Positions 24,689-37,771 of a DNA stretch of 64,000 nucleotides are shown here, one piece after another. This stretch comes from Auanema rhodensis (taxonomy: Eukaryota > Animalia > Nematoda). Each line of letters begins with the position of its first letter. Positions within the stretch are counted from its first letter, which is position 1. The position numbers were made by a program, and so were the translations under genes. The notes beneath the pieces were generated by a model, which saw only the letters and a list, made by a program, of their open reading frames with translations, ran no database searches and was not told the origin of the DNA. The DNA is taken from the NCBI GenBank assembly GCA_964057225.1, contig OZ059897.1, positions 5,456,001-5,520,000 of the forward strand, written 5' to 3'.

Positions 24689-26284
24689 ATGAAGCAAGAT
24701 CCAAAAACATCAACACCAAAAAAAAACAACGTTTGGTATGTTCAAAGTTACTTTTCTCCTGTAGAACTTTATTATATTAACTATTATTAGGTCATTATAT
24801 CGAACAGCTAGTGAACGATACAATGAAAATATTCAACCACTACATTCTATTCCAGATTTGGAAGAATCAAATTTTTTGTTAGTTTTCTACCTAAGTTAAA
24901 TTTTTTTTCTTTTTCTTAAGGAATAATAATGAAGTTAATAGTTGCGATCGGAACATTGGAAAAATAGATTACATGCTCAAATATCAACAAGCTCAAAGAG
25001 ACAATAATATTTTACTTCTATCACTTAGAGACCGAGAACGGGAAATTGAAAAACTTAAATCTGTCATAAAGAATTTACAATCGTTAGTTTTTCTCAAAAC
25101 TTGTACAAATACAATAAGATAAAATAATTCCAGAGAATCAGAGTCGAGCGATTCCCGACAAGAAAAAAGTACTTCTACAAGTTCTAGTCTTCCTGTTGTT
25201 AGAGTTACCCCCCAGAAGAGATCTAAGCCCAATACTGTTCAATCTCCTCGCAGATCTGGTTCAAGAAGATTGTTGTTTAATAATCAAAATAGTCAGGTAA
25301 TCAAAACTTTCTTCGTCCGAGTTTAACTATTTCATTTAGTCTTCTGACCGTGCATCAATGCCATACTCTCGTCAAATTTTGCGTAATGCTGGAATTGATA
25401 GTGATATACTTTTGAGTAGCTCAAGTAATTCTACTCCTCGAGCACGTGATTTGAACCGAAATCAAATACTTGCAAATGATATGGTCAGCATATCAACTAC
25501 GCCGACTATACGATCAGCAAACAGGATAGCGTCAACTACTCCAGCTCAAAGTTTCTTTAATTCTTTATATTCTGCAACTTATGTGTTACTTATAGCTATG
25601 AATAACTCTTCAAGATCTGCTACTAATCATCGTCCAACCCTTAATTTTTCTGGTAGTCACGGATCATCCAATGACACGTTTGTTGTGGAGAGATTGGGTC
25701 GTTTGCCTGGCAATCCTCCACCCACCTTACGTGAAGAGGAGAATCATCCTCCTAGCGTATGTTATAGAACTTTTTCTTTATTAAGTTTCTGATTGTAGTA
25801 TTACCTGAATTTGAACCGTCCTTCTTTTGTGAGACGTAGTGAACTCCGGCAAAGTATTATTAGGGAAGCTTCTCGTAGAAGATCAGAAATTGAAGCAAAA
25901 AGAAAAGTTTGGTGAATGTATCGTCGCTCAAGTTTTGTTCAAAATTATAGGAAGCCGTCAGAGCATTAGCAATGGGAACTGTAACATTGGATGAAGTCAC
26001 GGATCGTATTTTTGTGGACCCTACTAAAATCCAAGCTTTTCCAAAGAATGACATGAGAGCTATAACTCATAGGTGACCTATTTTTATGTTCTGGTTTATT
26101 TAAATAGTTTTAGAAGGTTCTCAAGCACTCGTGAATATCGTGATCGTATAATGGAAAGAGAGAAGAAAATCGAACAGGCTACAAACAGAATTTTGAAAAC
26201 ATGCTTTAGTTATGTAAGTTGGTTTTTTTTCTTCTTATGTTTCTTTCTTATTTTCAGAAAACTAGATCACAATTACTTAATTAA
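24689..26284 (+). CDS. Coiled-coil plus disordered protein with a C-terminal ALMS-motif-like region (ALMS1/CEP295/C10orf90 family candidate)
   Basis: Spliced C-terminus LNRPSFVRRSELRQSII...FPKNDMRAITHRRFSSTREYRDRIMEREKKIEQATNRILKTCF resembles the ALMS consensus RPxFxxRSxxR...KEMxxRSKRIYxxLPEV...NR. N-terminal coiled coil LSLRDREREIEKLKSVIKNLQ. Confidence 0.6.
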
Positions 26285-26492
26285 AACTTGTTAAGTATGA
26301 TCTTAACTGATATGTCACTTCTTTTTAATATCATTAAAACATATACATATCTCATTTTTGCTTGATCTCAAGTTTTGTTGTACATATTCATAATAAATGT
26401 TCATATCATTTAGTAAAACTCATTTTGGGATAGCCCTTACATATCTAATTATTCAATTTTATATTTATGTGCTCTTTACGAATACCTAATAG

Positions 26493-27218
26493 ATGCGATT
26501 ATGTTCCTTATTCCTTGTGACACTGTTTGTTGTTTCAGTATCAGCAACAGCTGAGAAAAAAAAGAAAAAGGACCTGAGCAGTTACACGTAAAAAGTTTTG
26601 GCGTACTTGTTTATATTTTTTATTTCTGTAGTGACGCTGATTTGGAAAAGTTGTTTGATGAATGGGAAGAAAACGATGAGGAACCACTGGAGGAGGATGA
26701 ATTACCATCTTACAAGCGCAAGCCAAATAATGTAGATTTAGATTCTTTGAAAGCTGAGGTTGTAACTTTACATTCTCTCATCTGTTATTGTGTGTTTAGG
26801 CAAAATCACCTGAAGATTTGCTCCGTCTTTCAAAAAAAGGACAACCTCTTATGATGTTTGTAGGAGTTGTTGACCCTGCTAGGCCAGGAAAAAAAGATAT
26901 AAGGCCTTTTACAGAACACTGGACAGGTCTCTGGCAATCTTCTTTATTCAATAACCATGTTGAATCTCAAGTCGGTTTACTTTAACATAGCAGGATAAAT
27001 CAAAAGTATTAGGTGTTCTTGGTGGATGATGATCGAGCCATTTTCATGTTCAAGGAGGGTTCTCAAGCGTTTGAAGGCAAAGAATACTTACTCAAGCAAC
27101 CTAACGTTAGAGAAGTTTGTTAGAATGCATTTTCGATTAATTAAAGAATTTTCAGATTACTCTAGAAGGGAATCAATATCCTGGGCCTGGTGCTGCATAC
27201 AGCAAAGAAGAATTATAA
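26493..27218 (+). CDS. bmy-1: MESD/Boca LDLR-family ER chaperone
   Basis: Signal peptide, DADLEKLFDEWEENDE, LSKKGQPLMMFV, LWQSSLFNNH, DDRAIFMFKEGSQAFEGKEYL, C-terminal ER-retention KEEL*. Confidence 0.93.
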
Positions 27219-27418
27219 TTTCGCCTTATTCATTGTTAATTACTTCATGATATTATGTGATTATTTTACATATCTTGCAACCAGTCATATCAATCAGCCA
27301 TAATTAAAAAATATATATAAAATTTGACTATGTGTATATTATATATTAACAACGGTTTTCACCCGAGCTATATCACATTTGAGTATTAACATTAAAATTT
27401 GTTTTTTGTTATTAGGTC

Positions 27419-30400
27419 ATGGAAGATGTCGAACAAACTGCTCTGGAGCAGGTCGCGGCAATGCTTCAAAGACCGGATCACTTGGAAAAATTACCAGAGT
27501 TAAGAAAAAGAGCAGATCGAAAAAAAGTTTGAAAAAGCAACCTAATTGCAACTAAGGAGATGAATTATTTTCAGGCTGCCGTAGAAGCCATGCTTCGAAC
27601 GGGTGTTCAATCTCAGTTAGAAGGCATTCGAACAGCGATTGCTCATCTTCATACTGCAGCGGAAGATATTGCTTCTATTGATAATGGGTTTGGAAAGGGA
27701 ATATTTTGGTTTCTCTGAAGTTTCATTTCAGAATCAACATCATTCGCGAGAAGCTGAAGCCGTTCCCACAACTACGAGAAAAAATGAAAGAAGTACGAGT
27801 AGCTAATGCCCAACATAGTCAGTATGCCGCTGCAATGGATAATTTAAAACATATATTTAATATTAATCAAACTATTGCGGATACCAATTTAGCGTTAGAA
27901 CAGGGAAAACTTCTTCTAGCTCATAAGCAGTATGTTACTTTCTTAAGAATGTTAATTAATCGATCTCTTAGTATTATGGATTTGGAACAAGCAAGAGACG
28001 AATTATTAGCAGAGGTTCATAAAACTGCTGGTGCCAGAGAATATGAAAAAAATGTATTTGCTAGTATAAGTTTTAATTTTAAAGTTTTTTTTTTATAGTT
28101 ACTGGTTACTTTCTTTATTAAAGTTGATGAATTAGTTAATACTTTGGGAAGTAATATGTGGTATATAATAGGAAGATCTTTGGATATGGCTCGAGGTTAA
28201 TTTTTAAAATTAAATTAAAAAATATAATTCATTTATATATGAGGAAAATTTTCTCATATTTCTTATAGTGGCTTCTAGAAGTTTTAATTTTATCAATTTT
28301 AAGGTGGGGAAGGTGGCCGAGGACCACAACAATTAGTTTCCTGTCTACGAATTGTAGAAAGGGAAGAAAGAATTGATAAATATTATATTGAAGCGAAAGG
28401 TGCAAAAGATTTTATGCCTCCTAATCGACCAAGAAAATGGAGAGAAAAAACTTTTGACGTAAGTAGCAATCCTAGTATTATTTTTTAAATTTGTCTTTAG
28501 GTCCTGGAGAAAACAGTATGGAGTAGAGTAGAAGGAAATCAGCTGGAGGACGATAGAGGTCATAACAAATCTTGGCTAGCTCGGTATATCATTATAATTT
28601 AATTAGCAAAATAAATATTTTCAGATATTTGGAAACAATGAGAGTTGTTGTAACTACCGATCTGCTACATGCTCGAGCTGCTGTTCCTTGCTTTCCACCA
28701 GATTATCAAATTTATGATCGTTTTGTTCATATGTATCATAATTGTGTTTGTAAACGAGTAAGTAGTTCTTTGAGTTCTTATGAGAAATATAATACATATT
28801 TAGGTACGAGAAATAGCTTCAGAAGATTTAGAGAAAAGTGAGCTAGTTCAACTAATGAGCTGGATTCAGTCTTATGGGTAGAATCTTTTATTTACGAGTC
28901 GTGCATTAAAACAATTTTTTAAGAGGAGAAGATTTCTTAGGAAGCCACCGTTTAAAAATTGCTGCTTCTGCTTTATTACAAGATTTACCAGTTTTACCGA
29001 GAACAACTTTAATTGCTCTCTGCGATTCGTAAGAATTTTAAAAAATATTATATTTCACTGAAGCATTTTAAAGATTTATTGAAATGACGGGAAAAGACAT
29101 GAACCAATGGTTGGAAAAGACGCTAAGCGCAGAAAAAGATGTAAGTGGAAATCAAGTTAATTTGTTTCATTTTTTGTTCCTAGGATTGGTACAAAAATGT
29201 TAAGCCAGATGAGGATAACTTCTCATATTTCTATACTAGCTTGCCAAACATTTTATTTGGAATGTTAAGAGATACAGTAAGTAATTTCTATACAGATTTG
29301 TTAGAATACCGAGTAGGCGCAACTGTTTCCAATTGGGCATAGTTTGAAACGACATGGGCATCCATAACTGTTTTTTGTGGGCGGTGCTGAAAATGTTTAC
29401 TATTTGAGTTTGAAAAAATTTTTACTCACTCCTTACTGGCCTAGTGTTAACGTAAGCTGTGTCTTGTAGCAAGGAAGAGAGGTCTCTACGTAATTGGTCG
29501 AATTGTCTAAGATCTCGTAGAACCTTAAGTTTATATATTATGAATGATATATAGTATTGATAACCTTGAAACTCTCTGCATAAAAGAAAACAGTAAAAAT
29601 GCACAAAACAGCCAACAGTCGAACCATCTGCAAAATTGTGTCTGGTAACTGTAGAAAATATTAGTTAAAACCAAGAAGTCAACTAGAACGATACAAAAAA
29701 AGAGCAATTTAAAAGAGGGTATCGCGTCATCTCATGAACTGCAGGCGTGTAACTAGAGTGGGTGTTCTTAGCAAATGAAGGGGTGGGGATAAGGCTCACG
29801 GCTAGAAGAACACTCGGCTATATCTAGTGACGTAAGTTCTTGAAATAGAGAGAGGATAGAGCTATCTGTATGATGAAGTGCATCAATAACATTAAATGTT
29901 AATTAATTGTTTTTAATTTGTTTAGGTTACATTAGCTAAAGAAGTTAGTGTGGAAGTTATCCCTAGCGTCATCAATTCTACTGTTAAGGAATTTTATGAT
30001 TTTGCCACAAAATATCGAGGTTTAAAGTTATGAAAAGCTTGTATTTATTATCATTTTTTCAGATGCTTTCACAGCCTATAGAAATAAATATTTCGAGAAT
30101 CGTGCTCTCTTTCCGGGTTTTACTTCAATTCTGGTTTGTATTGTCGAACAACTTAAGTTTTTAATTTAAAATACAGATTGCTGTAGCGAATAATCTGCAA
30201 ACGTGCATTGAATCAACTGATAAATACATGCAACAGGTAAAAATGTATTATAACGGTATTTGAAAGATTATTTAGGTTCGTCTTTCAATGGAAAATGATG
30301 AAGGAAACAGTGCAAGACGATGGCCAACCCGACAAGAAATTATAGAGAATATTGACAAATTGAATGGCAGATGGAATAGCGCTATCAGTACAGCGTACGA

Positions 30401-31298
30401 GTTTAAATACTGTACTGTTAACTTTTTACAATAATTATAGTGTTGGATTCCTTAGAGAAGAAGTCTGTGAAGATTTAGCCCCTCATTTAGCTGACATATT
30501 CTCAAGAAAATGGTTAGTATATTCCTCGTGATGGTTGAAGTATTTGTTGGATTTAGGCTTGTTGGAAGTTCATCGTGTGAAACAATCTGCATAACGTTGT
30601 CCGACTATTTTCTAGATCATAAGCATCTACGTCCTAATGCTAGAGGTGCATTATTGATGGATCTTCAATTTAGAATAGTAGGAGAATATTTCCGAGCCAT
30701 TGACAGAAGGTTCGTGAAGCGTTAAAGATCCTAATTAGAGAAGAGATTTAGAAGGTTGACGTTTGCCTCCCACGAGGAACGAGTAGCTTGTGGCGTTAGG
30801 CTAGGCAAAGATATTAACCAAATTGACGAAGTTTTCTCGTCATTCATGGAAAGCGAAGACCTTATTAATCAGGTTTATATGAGCTTTAAATTTTTCTTAA
30901 TTTTTTTTTAAGTTCACTTTACTGACTCCTGTACTACATCATATGGCAGGAATCATTACCTTAACAGATAAAGGTATGCTTTCTTTGGAAGCAACTTCAT
31001 TCGGAAGAAAGTATCCAAACTTTCCTGTGGACTTGTTATCTGCTCTAATAGCTACCCGTGAAGATATGTCAAGAGTAGAAGCGAAGTAAATTTGTGAATT
31101 CGAAGACCTATTATATGATTCCTTGTTTTTAGAACATTAGCTGATGAAGTTATGTCCCATGTCCAGTTCCATCCTAAAGACGAAATCTTCGGTCAGCTGT
31201 TTGCCTCAGCTCAGTCGTCTGAATCCTCATGGAAACCTTCAATAAACGTTGCGAATTTCTTACCCTCCTTTGTGAAGATGGAAAGCGCAGCTAAATAG
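27419..31298 (+). CDS. sec-6: Exocyst component EXOC3/Sec6
   Basis: ALEQVAAMLQRPDHLEKL..RKKAAVEAMLRTGVQSQLEGIR, HSQYAAAMDNLKHIF, LVSCLRIVEREERID, PCFPPDYQIYDRFV, ICITLSDYFLDHKHLRP. Confidence 0.95.
29301..29826. mobile_element. Possible degenerate non-autonomous element in the long sec-6 intron
   Basis: The only ~650 nt intron in a gene of mostly ~45 nt introns. Imperfect inverted ends TAGAATACCGAGT and ACTCGGCTATATCTAG, an internal inverted repeat near 29756-29815, and a CTAG-T end. Confidence 0.3.
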
Positions 31299-31526
31299 AG
31301 ATAAAGCTTTTTTTAACTATCACTTATAATGGGCTAAGTTGTAGCTCACATTTCAATTTTTGAGCCAAAATTTATACTATAATAATTACTGTACATTCTG
31401 CTTCGATCTGTGATAAATTATCAGTTTTGCTTCAAAATATTGTTTCACAAGAAAGCTTTGTCTTTGAAATGCTTCTATAACTGCTTCAAAAATGGAGTTA
31501 TAATTTCATGGTTTTGGTAGTAGCAA

Positions 31527-34247
31527 ATGGCGGAAACAGAAAAGAAGGAAGAAAAGCCTAAAACCAGTAAAGGAGTTGGAGCTCAGAAGGGGTCAGACAG
31601 ACGGGAATATAGAAAATTCCGCCCACGTCCAAAGAAAGATGGTTTGTACAGACCACCAATTTAGAATAAAATGTTTTATTCCAGTTTCTAAAAATAGTAA
31701 TGAAATTATCCCTGCTGATAAGCTTCCCATGGAAATAGTAGAAGCCAAAAGAAGAAACAAAAGACTTTGTCGATTTTTCAACTCTCCAGGTGGCTGTCGT
31801 TTGGGTAATGATTGCCAATATAAACATAAATTGAAAAAAGTTAGAATAAAATATAAGCACATCTTTAACTCTGTTTCAGGCTATTGTTATTCCCGAAGAT
31901 AAAATTAAGGAAGTTGAAGCTATAAAGAATGGGGAGATTAACGAGAATGTAGTTGTACCTCAAAAGGTTAGGTTTAATCCTAAACCCGTACTTCCGCAAA
32001 AACAAGTTATTAAAAAAGTAAGTTATTGTATTTATGAAAAAAGCGCGGTATTTTTCTCTTGAAGGACTCATTGGGAACAGATGCTCAAAAAGCTCTATTA
32101 GAGGCTGAAATAACGTATTTCAAACGAAGGTTCGGAATATCAAATAATTATATAGATGTTCCTGTCTTTTTAGATTCAGAAAAGCTGTAGTTGATGGAAG
32201 TAGTGGTAAAGATACATCAATCATATTTTCCTATGAAGTGACTGATCCAGATTGGGTAGAATTTCTAATTAGGAATATAGATATTTAAGTATATCTTCAG
32301 GTCTTTGATATTCGATCTATAGGGATCGCACTAGTACTACATGATACTCATCCATTGGCTCTTCCAGCCATTGATATTCCCGAGCAAACAAATTTAGGAA
32401 TGCCCGATGTTTTAAGAAGACATATTACAAACCACGTCATGAACTATTGCAATGTATGTTATTAAAGTTTAACGCATTAGGTGTAATGGAATTTTTTGTA
32501 GGAAAGTTTCAAAAAATTCGTTGCTGATGATGCTTACGAAACAATTGGAAAATCGTTGATTAGATTTCTTGACAGGAATATATTGAAGATGTTTATTGAT
32601 GGTCTGACTAAGCTGAAAAGGCTGAGAGAAGTGAGCTAATATATGAAACCTTCCAATATGATCCAAATACTGCAGGCTGAAATTGCTGGTATTTCATTAG
32701 TTTTGCCTTCAAAATCAAAAGATAAACCTGACGATAGTATTGAGGAACACACAGAAAAATCCGAAACGTTTCATGAAGAAAATAATGAAGAGGTGAGTAC
32801 TGACTGAAGTATGATCTCAATTAGTTCAAGTTCTGAGAAAATGCGACCGTTGTGCTGCATTTAATTCATGAAAATGAGCATGTGAACTTAATGGAATTGC
32901 ATTTTTATAGGAAGACGAGATCAAAGAAGAAAACTACAAGGATAATATAAATGAACTTGCCAAAGAAATTGAAAACGTTTTTGTTACAAGTTCTTCTGAA
33001 AAATTACCAATTGAAGTGTTTCTTGTATGGGATGACATGAGGTAATTGCCAGTTATTTGGGACGTTCAGAAATATAATGTTATAAACAGTCAGAATATTG
33101 CTTCGATAACCCCTGTTCTACTTCAAATAGCTAGCAAATGTGGCAGATGTAAAACTGACGACGTTCATAATGTTCCTTGCAACAATAAACCTGTTGCATG
33201 GCGTTGTACCAAATGCTCTACAGCCCAAAGTCTGAGGTGAGCTCCTATCAAATTTTTAAAATAGCACTACTGGTTCAGACTCCGTCCCTCCATACTTCAT
33301 CAACATTCTCCTGTTCTAGCACAATTAGATGCTAGAGGGTGCATACAATTAGATTGTGTTTTATTAAATAGTAGCATGAAATTTATTTGTTTAGCTTGTA
33401 ACAAAGAAGATGCTGTTCAAGTAAGAACGAACAACGTCATTTTTCGACCCAGTTGATTTCCTCTTCAGAACATAAACCTAGGACAAGCCCATAAATCGTG
33501 GTGTCGAGAATGTCACACAACTTGTGAATTTATTGTTTCTGCTGTGCGATTTCGAGGCGATTTCTCATTGGGGTTACTAGAGGATAAAGTAGCAGCTGGC
33601 AAAGTTCCAAAAGCTAAGAAGGTTGCTAGGATTACTTGGAAGATTTTTGTTTAACTTTTTAATTTCTTAGACCGTCGAAACTAAATCAGCTATAACTCTT
33701 GGACAACCATTGCCAGAGATGGGTACTTGCAAACATTATAAGAAGAGTTTTCGCTGGTTCAGGTTGATCACGACCTGTTTCAATTCTTGTATTTCAATGT
33801 GAAATTCCTAGGTTCCCTTGTTGCGGCCGTGTGTTTCCTTGTGATAACTGTCACGAGGAAGCTGGATTAGGGCATGAAATGAAGATAGCTAATCGAATGA
33901 TTTGCGGGCATTGTTCAAGTGAACAGGTGTGCGCTTTTAATAGAAACATTTTCCAACATCTTCATTAACTCTTTTTTTTTTCATTCTCTTTTCAGTCATT
34001 CAGTAAGGATAAACCTTGTATCAGCTGTAATTCTGCAATTACTCGAAAGAAATCTCAGTTTTGGGAAGGTGGTAAAGGTTGTCGTAATCAACAAAGTATG
34101 AGTAGGTTAGGAATAATATTAAAGACAAAAGAATTTAATATTTTTTAAAACTATTTTAGAAACGATGGTCATAAGTTTAGTGGAAGTAGAAAAAAGACTG
34201 TATCAAAACCGAAAACTGAAAAATTGGTTTCAAAATCCAAAAAATGA
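31527..34247 (+). CDS. CCCH zinc finger + RWD-like + C-terminal CHY-type zinc-finger protein (conserved, uncharacterised family)
   Basis: CRFFNSPGGCRLGNDCQYKH; TDPDWVFDI..L..THP; GQPLPEMGTCKHYKKSFRWFRFPCCGRVFPCDNCHE..ANRMICGHCSSEQ..FWEGGKGCRN. Confidence 0.85.
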
Positions 34248-34428
34248 AGGAGACCACTATCGGGAATTGCAGTATTTTCCAATGGATACATTATTTGATA
34301 TATATTTTTTTCGTGATAACGGTTTTGAGCCTGACGAGGTTTTCTTACGGGCTTGCTTTTCATAATTTTCAAAACTGATTGTGAAATATTTTATCTTGTA
34401 CATTATTAGATTTGAGTTTAGAAAATTA

Positions 34429-35298
34429 TTAAAATGGTACAATCCAATCAGCATTTTTTTCTGGAGAAACAACTTCTTCGTTACCATCTGATACAAATTT
34501 GGGTAACCGAGATCCAACTGACGTGAGGTCACGATTTCCTGAAGTTCTGTGCCCCGATGATTTCACTCTACAATTATCGTATGAAGTTCATTGATTGGGT
34601 GATAGGCTTACCTGTAATGTTCCTCAGAGCGATCATTACGTTCGTTACGTTCATTACGTTCTTCATAATATTTCTTTGGTCTACTTGGGGTTGGTGTAGT
34701 AGTTATCCCAAGAAGCCTTTGGAATGATGGTGGCATTGTTAAGCTTGGTAATGTTGGCATTGGTGCAATGGTTGGTAACGTAGGCATGTTTTCTGGTGAT
34801 ATTATTGGAAGATGAAGAGGTTGAACAGCCATTGGCATCAAGCCTAATGGTCGAGGGGACAACGGTCTACGGATAACTTGCTGAACTGGGGCTCTTTGGA
34901 CAACTACTGGAGCTGTATTATGATTTGGAGCACGGCGAACTCCAGTTGATGTTCGCACTAAGCCTTTGGCATGAGGGACAGCACTAAAAGCTTTCTCTTC
35001 TGGGCTCTGAGCTACAACTGGCGCTCTAAAATTACAAAAATTAGACAACAGCTCTAGGATATAGAAAGAAAAATAGAGAAATCAATGATACTGACCTGCG
35101 AATATCTGAATTTTTTCTTGCAAACCCATGAGCATACGGAACGGTTTCGAGAGCTGATGCTACTATAAACGTAATTGTTTATATTTTATAAAAATTATTA
35201 TATTTCAAAGAAAAGGTATTTAAATTAAGCCTGAAGATAACAAGTTAAAATAACAAACCGCATATTGCAGATGCAACCAAAACGAGAGCGAGATGCAT
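34429..35298 (-). CDS. Secreted Pro-rich low-complexity protein, probably cuticle/apical ECM; 4 exons
   Basis: Signal peptide MHLALVLVASAICVASA, VPYAHGFAR and VPHAKGLVR motifs, PTLPTIAPMPTLPSLTMPP, ends DWIVPF*. Consistent GT-AG splicing. Confidence 0.75.
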
Positions 35299-35971
35299 GA
35301 CCCGATTATCTTGCCCGGAGAGATCGACTGAATGAAATGGATTGAAGAGGATAAGAAAGTGAATTAAAAAGGGAAGGTGATAATGATGCTTATCTGTCCC
35401 TCCCCTAATCACCTTTCGAACCTGACCCTGTACAGAGTCTACATATTCGATCTATCAAAATCAATTTCCTTTTCATTTCATAAGGGAAATAGAGAAAAAT
35501 TAGAGAATGAAGTGAATAGAAAAAGTTGACAATACAAGAGAAATGAATTCCAAACGAGGTCAAAATTCTCTTTTTTTATTGGCTTTACAGTTTCATATTG
35601 ATGCATTGCTTTATCTCATCTAAACGTTCAAAGTTTGAACATCTGTTTTCTTCTTCAAAGGGAAACTTATCATAGCGCTTCATAGATTTGCTGAAGAAAT
35701 AGTTATATGTATGAAGAATATATCGTATATAGAAAAAAATTTCTTCTAATCTTCCTAAAAGTAGCAACATAGAAGTAGTTTGGAGTATAATTCAGTTCCT
35801 TGACTGCGGTACCGGTTCACCGTTCTCAGTAAATCGCCTGTCTAGCGGCCCAAATCCCTGGAACGATGAAATACCACAAAGCTCTCTGTAAGATATACCT
35901 TCTTGAATTAAAAAGTAGCCATTCTTACTAAAATATTCAGTGTGGAAAGTCTACATCTCAAATAATTGAAA

Positions 35972-37771
35972 ATGAAGGCTTCTGCTGAACGTACAGTTCT
36001 TCTTGTTGTTTGTGGTTTATCAATTATTTCAATAATTATTCTCTACAGGTATGTGAACTGAGGTTTTATACAAGATCTTATATTCGAACTAATATTTCAG
36101 TTATATACCGATAATGCTATCAAGAATGTCAGCTATACGATCTTTATTAGGAAATGAATTATCGACATTCTCCGAAATTGAAAGAAGAGGATGGAAGGAA
36201 TTGATTGATTTGAAACAAACTGATCGAAACAAACGCCAAATTATTTATAATTATTGTCAATGTAGTAACTTCAATATTTGCCCTCCGGGAGTTCCAGGAA
36301 GACCAGGTTCATTTAATGTTTGTTGTATCTATCTTTACTAATTAAGTTAAGGCATTCCCGGCATAGATGGTGAAAATGGTATCCCAGGAGAGCCCGGATA
36401 TGATGGTACTCCTGGAATTCTTCCTGAATTGCTTTACAGAAGAATAGATGGGTGTCGTATTTGTCCATTTGGTAAGAAAGGTGAACCCGGAGTACCTGGT
36501 CTACAAGGATTGCCGGTATATTATTGGGTTATCACTGAGTAACTTCTATGAAATCTTTCATAGGGAACTCCGGGAACACCTGGAATAAATGGTTTCCCAG
36601 GATTAGATGGATCTCCCGGCTTACCAGGAGACGTTGGACTATCTGGAGAAAATGGAGCAGATGGCCCTGAAGGACCTGTTGGGGTTCCTGGAATGAACGC
36701 TGTCTTGGCCATCAAGGGAATAGTTGGTCAGCCAGGAGAACCTGGACTTGCTGGAGAACCGGGAGAACCGGGACCATCTGGAGAGGTGTGTTATGAACTT
36801 GATTAACAAAATTTAAACATATTTTTCAGCCTGGACAGTCTGGTGCAGATGGATATATTGGTGATGTTGGATGGCCAGGAGAACCTGGAGAACCGGGTTT
36901 GCCAGGTTGGTCAAGCTATTAAAACCTGAATTTAACCGTGAAACAATACAAGAACTCTCCCTAAGTATTCCATAATCTTATTATTAGAAGAGAACAGCAA
37001 GCTTGAAATATTGTGCACTGAATCATAGTTGGGGTGAAGGTCAGATGTATTCTGAATCTAAAAACTAGGCTATTCATGCAAATTTGATGACGACCTTGCG
37101 AGAAAGCTATGTAGCGGTAAGATGATGGTCAAAGTAGAACAAGACTCAAGAACATCTGGCATATTTTGAAGTATTAACCTGAATATTCCAACTTTGAATT
37201 ATCAACAATTATTATGAATTATTCAAATACTTCTTGAAAAAACAAAGAGCTGTGTTGTTAAAGGCTAGGTTGTTCAGTTGATCATGTGAGTCAAAATGCC
37301 ATTGAGAGCGAATAAAGATATTCGTTCAAAACTAATCAACAAGTTTTAATGTTCTATTTTTTGCTTGAAAATGAAAAAAATAGATTCTATAGCAATAGCT
37401 GTCAAGAAAAATACTAAACCTTGACCGTAAATGAACATATAAAGTAATAAGAATAAAAACAAGAATAATGCTACTAAGTACATTCACTTATGCATCATTT
37501 AATAAAATAAAAAGTTTTATTCTTATTCATTTTTTAAATTATTTATTCATTTAAAAGATATATTATATTATATTTTATATGTATATGTGTATGAATATGA
37601 TTCATTTTTTTATTTTTACGAATCAATTGAAGATATTCCATATTCAAATCCATACATTTATTTCTTGTATATTCAGGTATTGAAGGATTATCTGGGAAAA
37701 TTGGCTTACCTGGTGATGATGCTGAATACTGTCCATGTCCAGGTCGAAATAACAGACACCCATTCGAATAA
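35972..37771 (+). CDS. Nematode cuticle collagen
   Basis: N-terminal hydrophobic segment, RNKR subtilisin/furin site, [15 protein letters not shown], Gly-X-Y blocks, GCRICPFG, terminal AEYCPCPGR. Confidence 0.93.
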
